Assembly: GCA_950097015.1 (NCBI GenBank)
Contig: CATNEN010000033.1
Span: forward strand, 1,798,001 to 1,862,000
DNA length: 64,000 nt
Direction: 5' to 3'
Source of the DNA: Macrostomum hystrix
Taxonomy: Eukaryota; Animalia; Platyhelminthes
Shown: positions 46,747 to 60,800 of the stretch, in pieces
How positions within the stretch are numbered: position 1 is the first letter of the stretch
Layout of the letters: each line of letters opens with the position of its first letter
Made by a program: the position numbers and the translations under genes
The notes under the pieces: generated by a model
Database searches by the model: none
What the model saw: the letters and a program-made list of their open reading frames with translations, nothing else
Told to the model about the DNA's origin: nothing

Positions 46747-48483
46747 CTCATCCGTGATGCAAACGGCAATTCCAGTCGGACCGTAAATAAAAATCTGGGT
46801 AATCTTGTCGCCGTCGGAGTGAAACAAGCTGGTGACCCGCGAGAACAGCTCAGCGTATGTCAGCTTCGCCAGGTAGACTGGGTGAAAAACTGGAATGGAA
46901 TGGCAGGTCGCAGTCTCTAATTTGGTGTCGAAATGGAAGCTCAAGGGAGACAATCTATGCTCTTGAGTTAGGGACTTAATTTCCCTGTGACTCAGTTCAG
47001 CCAGCTGTAAAATGGGTACCAGCATCAGCTGGGATAGAAACTCAGCTAGAGTAGGTGTCATTTCAATTCTATCATTTTTTTGAAAGGACGGTCACTTGCC
47101 GACAGGAAATGACTCAGGGTGAATATAGCCAACTGAGCAGGTCAGGCCACCATCGCCCTGGGCAGTCTCAGTGGTGCCAGTCACAGATAAGAAAGGCCGG
47201 TCAGCATGCAGGGCCACTGGCAAACGGCCTGCAGAGCCTCACCTGGCACAATCTTAGCTGGCCTTAGCAAGCAGCCACTAGCTAAGCCGGCATGAACTGC
47301 TGATTACTATCAATAGCAGAGCTTATCTAGCAGTCCTGTGCATGACGGCTCATACACGGCCACTCACTGTAGCTAGCGAAAAGAAACCCTATTAGCAAGA
47401 GGACTGAAGAAAAATAATGCTTTGAAAACTGGAGTGCAAGCGTACTTAACTTTAACCGACTCAATCTCAACCGACTTTACCGACTTAATCTAACTTTCAA
47501 ATAAAAAATCTACCAACCTGGATACATTCTACCAACCTGGATACATTCTACCAACCTGGATACATTCTACCAACCAGGATACAATCTACCAACCAGGATA
47601 CAATCTACCAACCAGGATACATTCTACCAACCTGGATACATTCTACCAACCTGGATACATTCTACCAACCTGGATACATTCTACCAACCTGGATACATTC
47701 TACCAACCAGGATACAATCTACCAACCAGGATACAATCTACCAACCAGGATACATTCTACCAACCTGGATACATTCTACCAACCTGGATACATTCTACCA
47801 ACCTGGATACATTCTACCAACCAGGATACATTCTACCCGAAGGCTCACCGCTGTCGATCTCCTGGCCGACGAAGAATACCAGGCGTGAGCGGCAGGGCCG
47901 GCGCAGGATGGCGTTTGCGAGCCGGATGCCCTCACCGACGCCGCAGATCTCAGTGAGGTCATTGCGCGACAGTCTCAATAGGTCGGCACCGGCGAAGTTT
48001 TGAAAGACGCCGCTAAGAGCGGCAAAGCGGTGCTTTCGGAGCCAGTCTGCCACCTGGCTTGGCGAGCTTTCCGACGTCAGCTCAACTGAGGCTGGCGACG
48101 GCAGCGGCGGTGGAGTAGGCGCCGACTGGGGACTCTTAGGCGAGGCTGCTGAGCCGGCAGACAGAGGCGGGCTGGCCTCAACGAAGCAGCCGAGGCCCGC
48201 TGGACTGTCGCTGCTGACAATGATGCAACTAGACGGCCGAGCGGCGCCAGGAATGCGGCTGCGGGGTGTGAGGGCCAGGGAGACTTTGGCGTGTCAGACC
48301 TGATCAATCCCCTACAGACCTAATCAATCCCCTACAGACCTAATCAATCCCCTACAGACCTGATCAATCCCCTACAGACCTGATCAATCCCCTACAGACC
48401 TAATCAATCCCCTACAGACCTGATCAATCCTCCACAAAATCAAGTGTACTCACATAGGCTGCTGTCGGTTCTGTTTCGAGGTG

Positions 48484-48540
<57 letters not shown>

Positions 48541-51500
48541 GCAGTGTCGGGCAGCACAGCCAGGAACGGTGTGTAGGGCAAGGCAGGCTGGTACTTGCTT
48601 ATGTGATCGACCCTCTTCTCGAGTTTCTCCCGGTCGGTCTTGTGTTTCCGGTCGGCGCCCTTCGGTTTGAACACCTTGACCTGGGCGGCGGAGCTGGCCA
48701 GGTGCTCGCCGGTCAGCTGGTCCAGCGTGTCCGCTTGCAGCCGGAACGGGACGCCCTTCTCGCCGCCGTGCTTCCTGGCTGTGAACTCGGTGCTGACGCA
48801 GTGCAGGCGGAGGAAAATGCCGCAGTCGGAGCCGGAGACGGAGCTGTAGGCGACATAATGAGCTGTATGAGCACTTTAGTACAACAGAATCCACAAAATC
48901 CCACAGAATCCACGATAATCCGAAATAATCCAACAGAATCCACAATATAATCCAACAGAATCCACAATAATCCAACAGAATCCACAGCAATCCAACAGGA
49001 AGAGGAAGACTTTCTGCAATTTTTCAACACAATAAACGCCACCCATCCTAACATTAAATTCACCGTGGAATATGGTGGAAAGAAACTACCGTTCCTTGAC
49101 ATCGAGATCCATCTGAAGGACTGCGCTATTGAGACCGAAGTGTATCGCAAGCCCACATTCACTAACTTGATGCTTAATTTCCAGGCGATGTGCCCCAGGG
49201 AATGGAAGACGGGAGTCATTCGTTGTCTGCTTCATCGTGCCTATACAGTATGTTGCTCTTGGTCGTTGCTGCACAACGAGTTTACCAACATTATCAATAT
49301 TCTCACTGCCAATGGATACCCTATCAACTACATCATGAAGGTTATTGGTAATTTCTTAGATGAAAAAATTGAAAAAAAGCTTAAACCTAAGCGGCCAGAT
49401 AGAGAACCAGGAGAACCAATCTTGACTCTTCCTTTTTTGGGCAACTCTTCGATTGTGTTTAAGAGGCAAATTCGCAAAACTTGCCAAAAATTCTTTAAGA
49501 CTAAGATTCATGTAGTGTTCCGTACTCATAAAGTCAGTCAATTTGTTGGGAGTTTAAAGTCTCGTGTTCCATGTGCTCTCAAGGCAGGTGTCATCTATCG
49601 TTTTCGTTGCTCTGTTGACCAGAGCATTACCTACATTGGTAAAACCAAGCGACACCTACTCACGAGAGCCAAGGAACATAGGCAACGAAACTCTCCGATT
49701 CATGAACATTTGCTGCAATGCCATGGTTGTTGTGATGAGCCAGACATAACCTCTCATTTCAAGGTCATAGACAACAGCAAAAACGAGCATAAACTTAACA
49801 TTCTTGAAGCTCTGCACATTAAGTTACACAAACCCACTCTCAATGTCCAACTATCTGGAGGAGGTGCGAGTGAACAGCTGTTGGTGTTCTAAGCTAGAGT
49901 ACATTTGGGGCGCATACGCCTCATTCTCTCTCTCTCTCTTTTTCTCTGTCCTGTCATTCCACAAAAAATATTATGAACATTGCTATACTGTACATTGATC
50001 CTTTAGTCCTTTTATATCTTTTCAATACCTGATTTTGTCGTCTACACAGTATTTAATAGGTTGAAATAAATTCTGTTCGATAGTGCCTGAAGATGGCTAG
50101 TTTTAGCCGAAACGCGTCGCAAATAATATTGAGTTTTGTCTTACTATTATCTGTTAAGAGTGCTTCTCTACCAGAATCCACAATAATCTAACATAATCCA
50201 CAACAATCCAACAGAATCCACAGCAATCCAACAGAATCCACAGCAATCCAACAGAATCCACAGCAATCCAACAGAATCCACAGCAATCCAACAGAATCCA
50301 CAACAATCCAACAGAATCCGCAACAATCCAACAGAATCCACAACAATCCAACAAAATCCACAATAATCCAACAGAATCCACAACAATCCAACAGAATCCG
50401 CAACAATCCAACAGAATCCACAACAATCCATCAGAATCCACAGCAATTCAACAGAATCCGCAACAATCCAACAGAATCCACAACAATCCAACAGAATCCA
50501 CAACAATCCAACAGAATCCACAGCAATTCAACAGAATCCACAACAATCCAACAGAATCCACAGCAATTCAACAGAATCCGCAACAATCCAACAGAATCCA
50601 CAACAATCCAACAGAATCCACAGCAATTCAACAGAATCCGCAACAATCCAACAGAATCCACATCAATTCAACAGAATCCACAGCAATTCAACAGAATCCA
50701 CAATAATCCAACAGAATCCACAATAATCCAACAGAATCCACAACAATCCAACAGAATCCACAAAAATCCAACAGAATCCACAACAATCCAACAGAATCCG
50801 CAACAATCCAACAGAATCCACAACAATCCAACAGAATCCGCAACAATCCAACAGAATCCGCAACAATCCAACATTATCCACAGCAATCCAACAGAATCCA
50901 CAGCAATTCAACAGAATCCACAACAATCCAACAGAATCCACAGCAATTCAACAGAATCCGCAACAATCCAACAGAATCCACAACAATCCAACAGAATCCA
51001 CAGCAATTCAACAGAATCCGCAACAATCCAACAGAATCCACATCAATTCAACAGAATCCACAGCAATTCAACAGAATCCACAATAATCCAACAGAATCCA
51101 CAATAATCCAACAGAATCCACAACAATCCAACAGAATCCACAAAAATCCAACAGAATCCACAACAATCCAACAGAATCCGCAACAATCCAACAGAATCCA
51201 CAACAATCCAACAGAATCCGCAACAATCCAACAGAATCCACAACAATCCAACAGAATCCACAACAATCCAACAGAATCCACAATAATACGACGCAATTCT
51301 CAACATTTCTTCCTCCAACGCACCCTTCGCCGCCGCCCTCCCAGACGACCTCGACCGCGTTGATGTCGGTCTGGGGCGCTTTCAAATCGCGCAAATTGTA
51401 GGACAGGGCCCCGTCAGCGTCCAGGATGCGCTCGCCGGGCCGGCTCTGCCGCCAGTAATCCAGGTGCTCCTTCTCCATGAACTGCATGCGGCGCTCGTGG

Positions 51501-53254
51501 AAACTCACTCGGAACACGCTCTGTGCAAATGGAGTGAAGGCATCGGGATATAGTCCGTTTAGTCTGTGCACTCAGCCTTCCTATTCCCCCACCTGAGTGC
51601 TCAGCCAGTCCATCTCCCCACCTGGGTGCTCAGCCAGTCCATCTCCCCACCTGGGTGCTCAGCCATTCCATCTCCCCACCTGAGTGCTCAGCCAGTCCAT
51701 CTCCCCACCTGGGTGCTCAGCCAGTCCATCTCCCCACCTGGGTGCTCAGCCAGTCCATCTCCCCACCTGACTGCTCAGCCATTCCATCTCCCCACCTGGG
51801 TGCTCAGCCAGTCCATCTCCCCACCTGGGTGCTCAGCCAGTCCATCTCCCCACCTGAGTGCTCAGCCAGTCCATCTCCCCACCTGGGTGCCCAGCCAGTC
51901 TATTCCACAGTTCGCAGAGCCTTACAGTACAGAGCTTGAATCCCCCAGTTCGCATAGCCTTACAGTACAGAGCTTGAATCCCCCAGTTCGCAGAGCCTTA
52001 CAATACAGAACTTGAATCCCCCAGTTCGCAGAGCCTTACAGTACAGAGCTTGAATCCCCCAGTTCGCAGAGCCTTACAGTACAGAGCTTGAATCCCCCAG
52101 TTCGCAGAGCCTTACAGTACAGAGCTTGAATCCCCCAGTTCGCAGAGCCTTACAGTACAGAGCTTGAATCCCCCAGTTCGCAGAGCCTTACAGTACAGAG
52201 CTTGAATCCCCCAGTTCGCAGAGCCTTACAGTACAGAGCTTGAATCCCCCAGTTCGCAGAGCCTTACAGTACAGAGCTTGAATCCCCCAGTTCGCAGCTG
52301 CTCACCCGAAGTAGACGGGGCTTCTCACCCGGAAGCGGGCAGTAGGTCAGCTTCACTTCGTAGGCCTGGCCTGCGGATTTTATGATATAGATAAAAGTGT
52401 AATATAGGATCATCAACAGGGATAATTCCCACTGACTGTGTAGAACGCTTACAGGCTTTTCGTGGGTTGTCAACTTTTTTAAATAACAAACTAAAATTAA
52501 GTTTGAGGGATAAACTAAAAACGGCAATAGCAGGTCCTAATCGTTCTGATATCGCTCAGAGAACTATTTTCTAAGAAAGTCTACTTTTTTATAAACATCA
52601 TCGACAGGCCTTTGAAATCATTTTATCCTTTTAAAATTCCAATAAAATGGAACATATCTAGTCAAATTCTTAAGCAAGGGATTGCATTTCCTTAAAAACC
52701 AGTGAGAGACAATTCTGTCTAATCTGCTGACTCCTGAGCGAATTGGACAGAATGTGCTGAATTTCTCATCGTCATGCAGTGAAGACTCTCACTGTGCCTT
52801 GGGGGTTCGCCCTCAGGGTTGTAAATTAGGGAGTTAACCGGCAAGTCACTCAGCACCTCGCAGCAATTCAGCAGGCAGTCATTCAGCCGGCGGGCTCACC
52901 CTGGTTCAGGTAGGTCAGCGGCTCCTCATTCAGCCGCACAGCAGGCGAGGTGCCGGCCGTGAGGGAGAATTGAAACCTGTCGGCTATCGGCTGATCCCTG
53001 ATCCCAACCGAGCTGCCGCAGGCGAGTTCGTTTGGACCCAGCGAGGCCAAATCCAGTTGCCGCTCGAATATGGAGAAATTTGACGACTCGCTGCCATCGG
53101 ATGAAAGGAATTTGCCACCGCCGCCGCTGTTGTTGTTGCTAGGAGACACTGATGCGGCAAAGTTGAAGCCGGCGAGACCAGACAGAGAGCCTTCGAAGTG
53201 GGCGGCGAAGCCCTGGTCCAGGCTGTCGTCCATTTGCCAGCCGCTGATGTTCAT
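46747..53254 (-). CDS. TFCP2: LSF/TFCP2-family (CP2/Grainyhead superfamily) transcription factor with SAM domain; last exon uncertain (possibly ~45900-46010)
   Basis: Exons 53254-52900, 52370-52306, 51520-51324, 48843-48454, 48258-47849, 46889-46747 splice in consistent phase; LTYLNQG|[71 protein letters not shown]. Confidence 0.92.
47510..47835. repeat. 19-bp tandem repeat in a TFCP2 intron
   Basis: taccaacctggatacattc units. Confidence 0.95.
48295..48430. repeat. 20-bp tandem repeat in a TFCP2 intron
   Basis: cctgatcaatcccctacaga units. Confidence 0.95.
48486..48536 (-). repeat. Pure (CAG)~17 tract encoding polyQ in TFCP2
   Basis: Uninterrupted ctg run on the + strand inside exon 4. Confidence 0.9.
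48999..50172 (+). mobile_element. 5'-truncated Penelope-like retroelement (RT thumb plus GIY-YIG endonuclease)
   Basis: [66 protein letters not shown]; ORF ends 49892. Confidence 0.93.
50084..50121 (+). ncRNA. Minimal type I hammerhead ribozyme in the Penelope 3' region
   Basis: tgc-CTGAAGA-t-ggcta(gttt)tagcc-GAAA-cgcg-TC^gca; 5-bp stem II, palindromic ACGCGT stem III, 3-bp stem I; predicted cleavage after 50118. Confidence 0.8.
51585..52295. repeat. Two abutting tandem arrays (29-bp then 38-bp units) in TFCP2 intron 2
   Basis: ctcagccagtccatctccccacctgggtg; acagagcttgaatcccccagttcgcagagccttacagt. Confidence 0.95.
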
Positions 53255-55813
53255 GATTCAGGTTGAATCTATTCTTAGGGTTTGGGCCCTGCCAGTGTCT
53301 GCGACTGCTGATTTTAGCTGAGATCTGAAATAGCGATTTCAATGTATTTTTACAGATAATTTGAAAGCAATTCAAGCCAAATCGAAGGGTTGAGTTAAAC
53401 AAAATAGTATAATATTTATACTATTTTTATTAAAAATAGTGGCCACATTTAAACTAAGCTTTATTAATACTGTTAAAATAAAAATTGATTCATTTTAACA
53501 AAAGTCCTAATTATATCAAGGTATTATTTTTACCATATGTTTTCTAAAAAATGCAACTTTTGAAAATGACATATTACAAATAGAATTCTATATATAATGT
53601 ATCTTCAAAACCAAACAAGAATTTCGACTCCTTCCTCTGTCTTGTGCAAGACAGAAACAAGCTGTGTTTCACAGAACAATTAATTTGAAAGTCGAAGACT
53701 TTACAAGCTGAGGCATGACATGCAATGAAGCATTAAGAGAAAAGAAAGATATTGATGTTTCAGTAGAAATTTTTATTGCAAAAGCATACCTTTTAACAAC
53801 ATTTTTTCTGTATGTACTTTAGATGAAGATTGTATATGGTTGCTTGCCAATTAAATGACCATAAATGAAGTTATTTATAGAGCACGAAAAATGCTTTCAA
53901 ATGACATAATTCATGATAGTTCACTCCTTAAAATAAGATTAAACCACTCACTCAAATTGTAAAACCGAACATCAAATTCTCCATTTGGTTTGAAGATACA
54001 TGAAAATGATTGTTCGGTTTTAGATGAAAAGCAGGAATAACTTGTTTTCTATTTGACAAAATAGCAAAAGCATATACTTTTTAGAAAGATGTAACTGTTT
54101 TCTATATCTTGACTTTTGATTTATCATCATATCTTAAATAGAAAATCTGTAGCTTAGGTTTGAAGTTAAAAAAATACACATTCTTGTTTGGTTGATGATA
54201 CATTATACACTAGCTAGTTGCTAAGAAAAAAACTAAAATTAGAAGATTGATTAAAGCTATTAACCTTGTCTTAATTCTATTTTTTTCATATTTTTTGTAA
54301 ATCAATGATAAAATTTATTGTCTTTTGAGATAATTATAATTTATTAGTAAATCTAAAAATGCCATAGTCAGGAAGGTGGCCTCTGAGGGGGAAAGGTCTC
54401 GGCACACATTGGTGCACAAGCATGTTGCACACAAAGGGTCTTGGCACACATTGGTGCATAAGCGCGGCGCACACAAAGGGTCTTGGTGCACATTGGTGCA
54501 TAAGCATGGCGCACACAAAGAGTAACATAGGGTCATATACCCTTATCATATACCCTTAGGGTTAACATAGTGTGCTTTTCTGTGTAGGGTCAGGGTTAGG
54601 GGACAGAAACAGCGTATAGACAGCACATAGATAGCACACAGACTGCACACAGATGGCACACAGACGGCGCATAGACGGCACACAGATTGTGCACAGATGG
54701 CGCACAGATTGTCCCTCCAAAATTTATTCCAGCGCATGCTGTGCCATTTTCCTGACTATGGAAAAAATAATATGTTGATTTTCAAATTTAAATGCACAGA
54801 TGAAATAGATTCATAGATAACAAAATCTCAGGACCAGTATATTTGTTTAGCTGCATAACCTGCATTCATCACAATTTAAATTTCAAATGCTTATAATATT
54901 TTAATAATTGAACAGACCTGACCTTGGCTTAAAGCACATTACAAAAGGTTGGCCCTATATAAAAATCATATATAAATAGGTCTTTATATATTATATAAAA
55001 ATAGGTGAAACTAGCAAGGCCTATAGCTACATCCTTTATTATATCTTTATTAGCTACTAAAAATTGTTCCCTGGCCAGACTTGACCCTATTGAACAATTG
55101 CTTTTTTAAATTAATAATAAAAAACTTAAAAAAATTTAATGTAACTTTGTGAACTGTCATTAACAGTGCAACAATTTGAAATAAAACTTGCTACAATGAC
55201 TATGAATGCTATTGCTTTAACTTTTTAGTTCTAGAAAGCAAAATCATTTTGATTGACTGTATGTCTTTAAAAAATACATTAGCTACACTACAGAGGATAG
55301 CCGAAGCCGAGTAACGAATTTATGTGATGTGACTCGTTTTTACTTATCGTTGGAACTCAGAAATCCAAATATAGTTTTACAATTTAAGCATCAGAAATAT
55401 AACATTAAATCACAATGATGCGCAGACCGTATTCCTTTCATTGCTTTCAACAGTTTACCTATAATACTCACTTTACTTTATGTATACCTTATCTTGCCAT
55501 TATCGAGCTGGCTTCCTAGAAGCGATCACGTTAAATTGGCTTTAAAAAATATTTTAGTAGGCAAAATATATGTAGAACGTTTTTATTTATAAGTTTTTTC
55601 TCTCGTTTACTGAAGAAAACATTATTTGTTACAAAAATGATATATAATATTTCTTTATTTTCATTGTGTTTTACTACAATGCAGCTTACTTAGCTACGTT
55701 GTTGATAAGGTCTCTCAATTTGATTTTATGTACGCCTCGATTTACTTCAAGTTGACTTGTAGGCGTAGCCTTGCAGAAAATTAAAAAAACCTATACGAAT
55801 CTTGCGTTGCACT

Positions 55814-57250
55814 ATGCCAGCTACAAATCTCAGCAGAGAAGTTGTTAAATGGCTTCAGAGCCTGGACTTGTCATGGCAAGTAAGGAGCCCAAAATGGTAC
55901 GTTTTTTTTCACTTGAGAGTCTTGACTGAATGAATTCGAACTAAATACATGCAACCAACTTTAACTAACAGTAGCTATAAATATAGAAAAAAGTTGATAC
56001 AATAGCGTTCTCGTATACTAATATTTTAAATTCACTAATTCACTTTCAAGGGACTTTACTAATGGATACCTGGTAGCTGAAATACTTTACTGGTATTTTT
56101 CGAGCGAAATTAACATGCACTCTTTCTACAATGGAAAGTCGATTGAAACAAAGCTAAAGAACTGGCATCTCTTGAAGGAATGTTTCAAAAAACACGAGTT
56201 TAACATTCCCGAAGAGATCATCGAAGGAACAATTCACTGCAAGGAGGATGCTGCTATAGCATTGGTGAATCAGCTGTATGAAATTCTGACTCGACGAAGG
56301 TAAACACAGGAATCGTTTTTCGCTTTCACAATTCAATATTAAGGTCATAATGAGAATTCGCCTTTTTAACAATTGCAGCCCTCAGGCGCCGATTAAGCCA
56401 ACTTTTGATGACTCGCGATACCAGCAAACGCTGGAACCAATCGCCAGATCGAATGCCGTCAAGGCACTGAAGAACAATCTCAGCATTACGGAGTTGAAGG
56501 TGGAGCAGGACATCCTGACTAACCAGCAGAAGGTAAAAACTGAATTCAAAATTTCACATTTTTATTTAGCTTTAGCTATCAGCCAATTACTAGAAAGTTA
56601 CTGCAAAACCAAATGCAACCCGCAGGCGCAGGCCATTCTGCACCAGCACGTGGACAATCGGGCCAACGAGCGGCTGGAGCAGCCGGCCAGATTCGGCATC
56701 AAGATGAGCGCCGGTGAGCGCTGCCTGCGCAAGCATCCGGGCCCGAACTATCGCGAGGAGCCGGCGTTAGCAGCCGACCTTGGCGGCTCCGCTGAAGGAG
56801 CCGAGTTCGACCCTAGACGGGGACGAGGTGAGAGAGCTGAGACAATCAGATCCTGTTGAATAGCTGTGAGTCCTGTTGAATAGCTGTGAGTCCTGTTGAA
56901 TAGCTGTGAGTCCTGTTGAATAGCTGTGAGTCCTGTTGAATAGCTGTGAGTCCTGTTGAATAGCTGTGAGGTGAGTCCTGTTGAATAGCTGTGAGTCCTG
57001 TTGAATAGCTGTGAGTCCAGTTGAATAGCTGTGAGTCCTGTTGAATAGCTGTGAGTCCTGTTGAATAGCTGTGAATCCTGTTGAATAGCTGTGAGTCCTG
57101 TTAGAGCCCGGTTCCCCTAAGAATGGTGACTGAGAGGCCGTTCAAATTGCAGCACCGGCAGCCCGGCAAGCTAAGCCAGACGCTGTGGCAGAGGTTCAGG
57201 AAATTCACGTCAAGCAGCAGCCGAAGTACGTCAATCCGGCGTCAGCCTGA
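55814..57250 (+). CDS. SPATA4: Spermatogenesis-associated protein 4 (CH-like domain), about 5 exons
   Basis: LSREVVKWLQSLDLSW..PKW|DFTNGYLVAEILYWY..F.NGKS..KLKNW; exons 55814-55896, 56051-56299, 56379-56532, 56626-~56827, ~57105-57250. Confidence 0.8.
56853..57100. repeat. 20-bp tandem repeat in a SPATA4 intron
   Basis: cctgttgaatagctgtgagt units. Confidence 0.95.
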
Positions 57251-57800
57251 GCTGGGGTAGCTCATACAGCCCTCACCGCAGCCATGGCTCAACACAGATA
57301 CTCGGCTCTGTCAGTTCTAATTTTTCCATATCGTGTAAATGACCCTTGCTTTAGTGTCCGTGGCAGTGCTCTTTGTGTCAAAACAAATAAACTAACATAC
57401 CAACAATTCAAATACAGATGTGCCTTGCGATAAAACTAACCCACGTACAATCTTACTGGTGTGCTTCTGTTGGTTAATTTGGTTTGAATAAACAATTTTA
57501 CCCAATTTTACTCTGTAGATTCCAGAACTTGTGACATACATAGACATCAGTGCATAGAAAAATGAATACAAAATACGAGCCATCGAGCAGTTTCTATGCA
57601 GACAATAAAATCTGACACCACTCACAAAAGCGTCGATAGCAGTGATTAATGGCTCATATTTATTCAACTAGCGGTAGGAATGTACATGCGCAGAGATATC
57701 AGCATGAGTTTGACACTGACGATGAAAGAATTCACGAAAGTCAAGAAAGGCTAACAGAGAACCAGAAGCCAAGGACATTCAACAGTGCCTGCGAGCTAGA

Positions 57801-60800
57801 CTAGAAGGCCGGCCTCAGCTTCTTGACCTCCACCATGATGTTGTGAATGTTGATGAGCTCATTGCGGCAGGCCATGGAGCGGAATGGCGGCTGGGTCATC
57901 ACCTTGCCAAGCCGGGTGTAGTACTGTATCAGCTGGCTTAGGGCCGTCTGGCGGTGGGCGGTGAGAAATCCACAGGTATTCAACATGGCAGTCACAGACA
58001 GGTAGACACAGACAGGTACAGACACAGACAGGTACAGACACATACAGGTACAGACACAGACAGGTACAGACACAGACAGGTACAGACACAGACAGGTACA
58101 GACACAGAAAGGTACAGACACAGACAGGTACAGACACATACAGGTACAGACACATACAGGTACAGACACAGACAGGTACAGACACATACAGGTACAGACA
58201 CAGACAGGTACAGACACAGACAGGTACAGACACAGACAGGTACAGACACAGAAAGGTACGAGCCGAAAGTCGCAGTCTCCTCTCACCTGAAAGACCTCAG
58301 TGAAGTTCCTGAGGTTGGTGAAGGAGGCCATGATCTGCTGGTTCATTCGCTCGCTGTTGGCCTTCCAGTTGGCGTTGAAATCGCGCACAACGTGTGCCAC
58401 CCTGGCCTCATCGGCCAGGTGCTCGGTGACGCCGCGCTCCAGGCCGCTCTCGGCGTCGCGAACGAAGTTGACCAACAGGCCGAACTCTTGGCAGAGCAGC
58501 TCCTCGACGAATTCGGCGACCCGGCGGGCCAGCGGCTCCCTGTAGCCCAGCCAGCCGGCCAGGGCCGCCTCGTCGGGCAGGGCCTCGGACAGCACGGTCA
58601 GGGGAATGTCGTAGTTGTTAATGAGGCAGATGAGGCGCTCCCTGGAGTGGGGAAATTCCCTGGCCAGACGCAGCAGGAAGGCGTCAACAGCGTCGCGCAG
58701 TTCGCCAAGCAGCGGCCGAAGTCGGGCGGCTTCGTCACCGCCGGCCGGGTTAGCAGGCGGAGCCGCGGCGTAGGCTGCCGCGGGGGCGGAGCCGGCGGCC
58801 GGACCGCCGTTGAGCTCGGTGACGGTGAGCAGGGCGCAGACGAACTCAGCGTAGCGGCGCAGCACGGGATGCGGCCGGGTGTCCAGATGGCTGAACTTGG
58901 ACGGGTCGCTGCGGGCCACGCTGAGGGTGTGCGCCTGCACCAGCTGGGTGAAGCGGGGCCACATCAGGTCGGACAGCAGCGTCCAGTAGCTGATTGAACG
59001 GTTAGTTTCGGGTTTGTAAATAAATGGGCGCGATGGGTACATTTAGAGGTGAATTGAACCACAGGCTTGGCGCCTCACCTGTCCAAAGCGGGCACCTGCC
59101 GACGGTGCATGATAGCCCTAAACTTGGCCACCACCTGGATGCACAGGTATAGCGCGATGGCGTCGTGACAGTCGGAGATGTAGGCCTCCAGCGCCTTGTG
59201 AAACAGGCTGAGAGTCTTGCCCATGACGGTGTTGAACATGTTCAGCGCCTGGTTCCCGGACAGCACAAAGAAGTCGCACAGGAAGAGGTACTCCCGGCAG
59301 CTGTTGTCCAGCAGGGCGTAGTGCAGCGAGCGAAACAGCGACTCGAATGTGAACTTCTGGTCCGAGGCCTGGCAGATTCGGTGATTGGTTTCAACAATGG
59401 GAATCCACAAGAAATAGACTGACAAACTAGTTCCGATGACCGACATTTTTATTCAAACCGAATGTCAGTTATTGATAACAGGAAAGCGACTGCTGACTAC
59501 GACGATTGACATTTTTGGTTCAATGATTGACAGCTACGTGTTTACAGATTTACAGAAGAATAACGATGACTGACAGGTGAATAACAGTGATTGACAGGTG
59601 AATAACAGTGTTTGACAGGTGAATAACAGTGTTTGACAGTTGAATAACAGTGATTGACAGGTTAATAACAATGATTGACAGGTGAATAACAGTGATTGAC
59701 AGGTGAAAAACGTTTACTGACAGGTGAATAACGATGACTGACAGGTGGATAATGACTATTGATAGGTGAATAACAAAGAATGACAGGTAAATAATTATGG
59801 TTGAAAAGTCAATAACGATGCTTGACAGGTGAATAGCGATGAATGACAGGTGAATAAAGATGATTGACAATCGACACAATCGACCCACCTGAGCAGCGTG
59901 GGGAATGATGATCGGCGCCTCTAGGTCCGGGCCAACTACAGCGCCCCGGCTGCCGAGCGAGAACACGGTGGCCTTGTTGCGCAGGGTCTGGCGTGAACTG
60001 AACAGGCTGCGCCGGGTGGGCTCCTCCATGCCCATGAGGTCCTCCCGGTCAGCCAGGATGTTGAACTGCAGCTTCATGAGGCGGTTCTGGTACTCTTTGA
60101 AATAGGAGTAGTACATCTTGCTGGTGGTGTCCAAGTATTCGTCGCTGACCTCCTTGGCCACGTGACGCTCATTGTTGATAAGGAATTCGTTAAAGAACCT
60201 TGGGATATAGAAGGGGTTCCACGTCATGATGGCAAATGATCAAATCGAACTATCGACAATGACCTTCAGGGAACCAACAACCTACGCTGGATAATAACCT
60301 CAGAAACTAGGCGAAATGACAACAAAAAGCAGAGATAATGACCTCAAGGAAACCAGGGATAATGACCTCAAAGGAAACCAGGGATAATGACCTCAAGGAA
60401 ACCAGGGATAATGACCTCAAGGAAACCAGGGATAATGACCTCAAGGAAACCAGGGATAATGACCTCAAGGAAACCAGGGATAATGACCTCAAGGAAACCA
60501 GGGATAATGACCTCAAGGAAACCAGGGATAATGTCCTCAAGGAAACCAGGGATAATGACCTCAAGGAAACCAGGGATAATGACCTCAAAGAAAACCAGGG
60601 ATAATGACCTCAAGGAAACCAGGGATAATGACCTCAAGGAAATCAGGGATAATGACCTCAAGGAAACCAGGGATAATGACCTCGAGGAAACCAGGGATAA
60701 TGACCTCAAGGAAAACAGGGATAATGACCTCAAGAAAACCAGGGGTAATGACCTCAAGGAAACCGAAAAATTACCAAGAATCGAATCTACATAGAAACGG

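Larger units (their letters stand above)
48880..51290. repeat. 10/20-bp tandem array (aatccaacag/aatccacagc) in TFCP2 intron 3, split by the Penelope insertion
   Basis: Same units at 48880-48998 and 50172-51290. Confidence 0.95.

Noticed and set aside
54550-54605. Interstitial telomeric TTAGGG
   Set aside because: Only two scattered hexamers, not an array
57954-58997. 347-aa + strand ORF
   Set aside because: Antisense shadow of a GC-rich VPS52 exon plus the 18-bp intronic repeat
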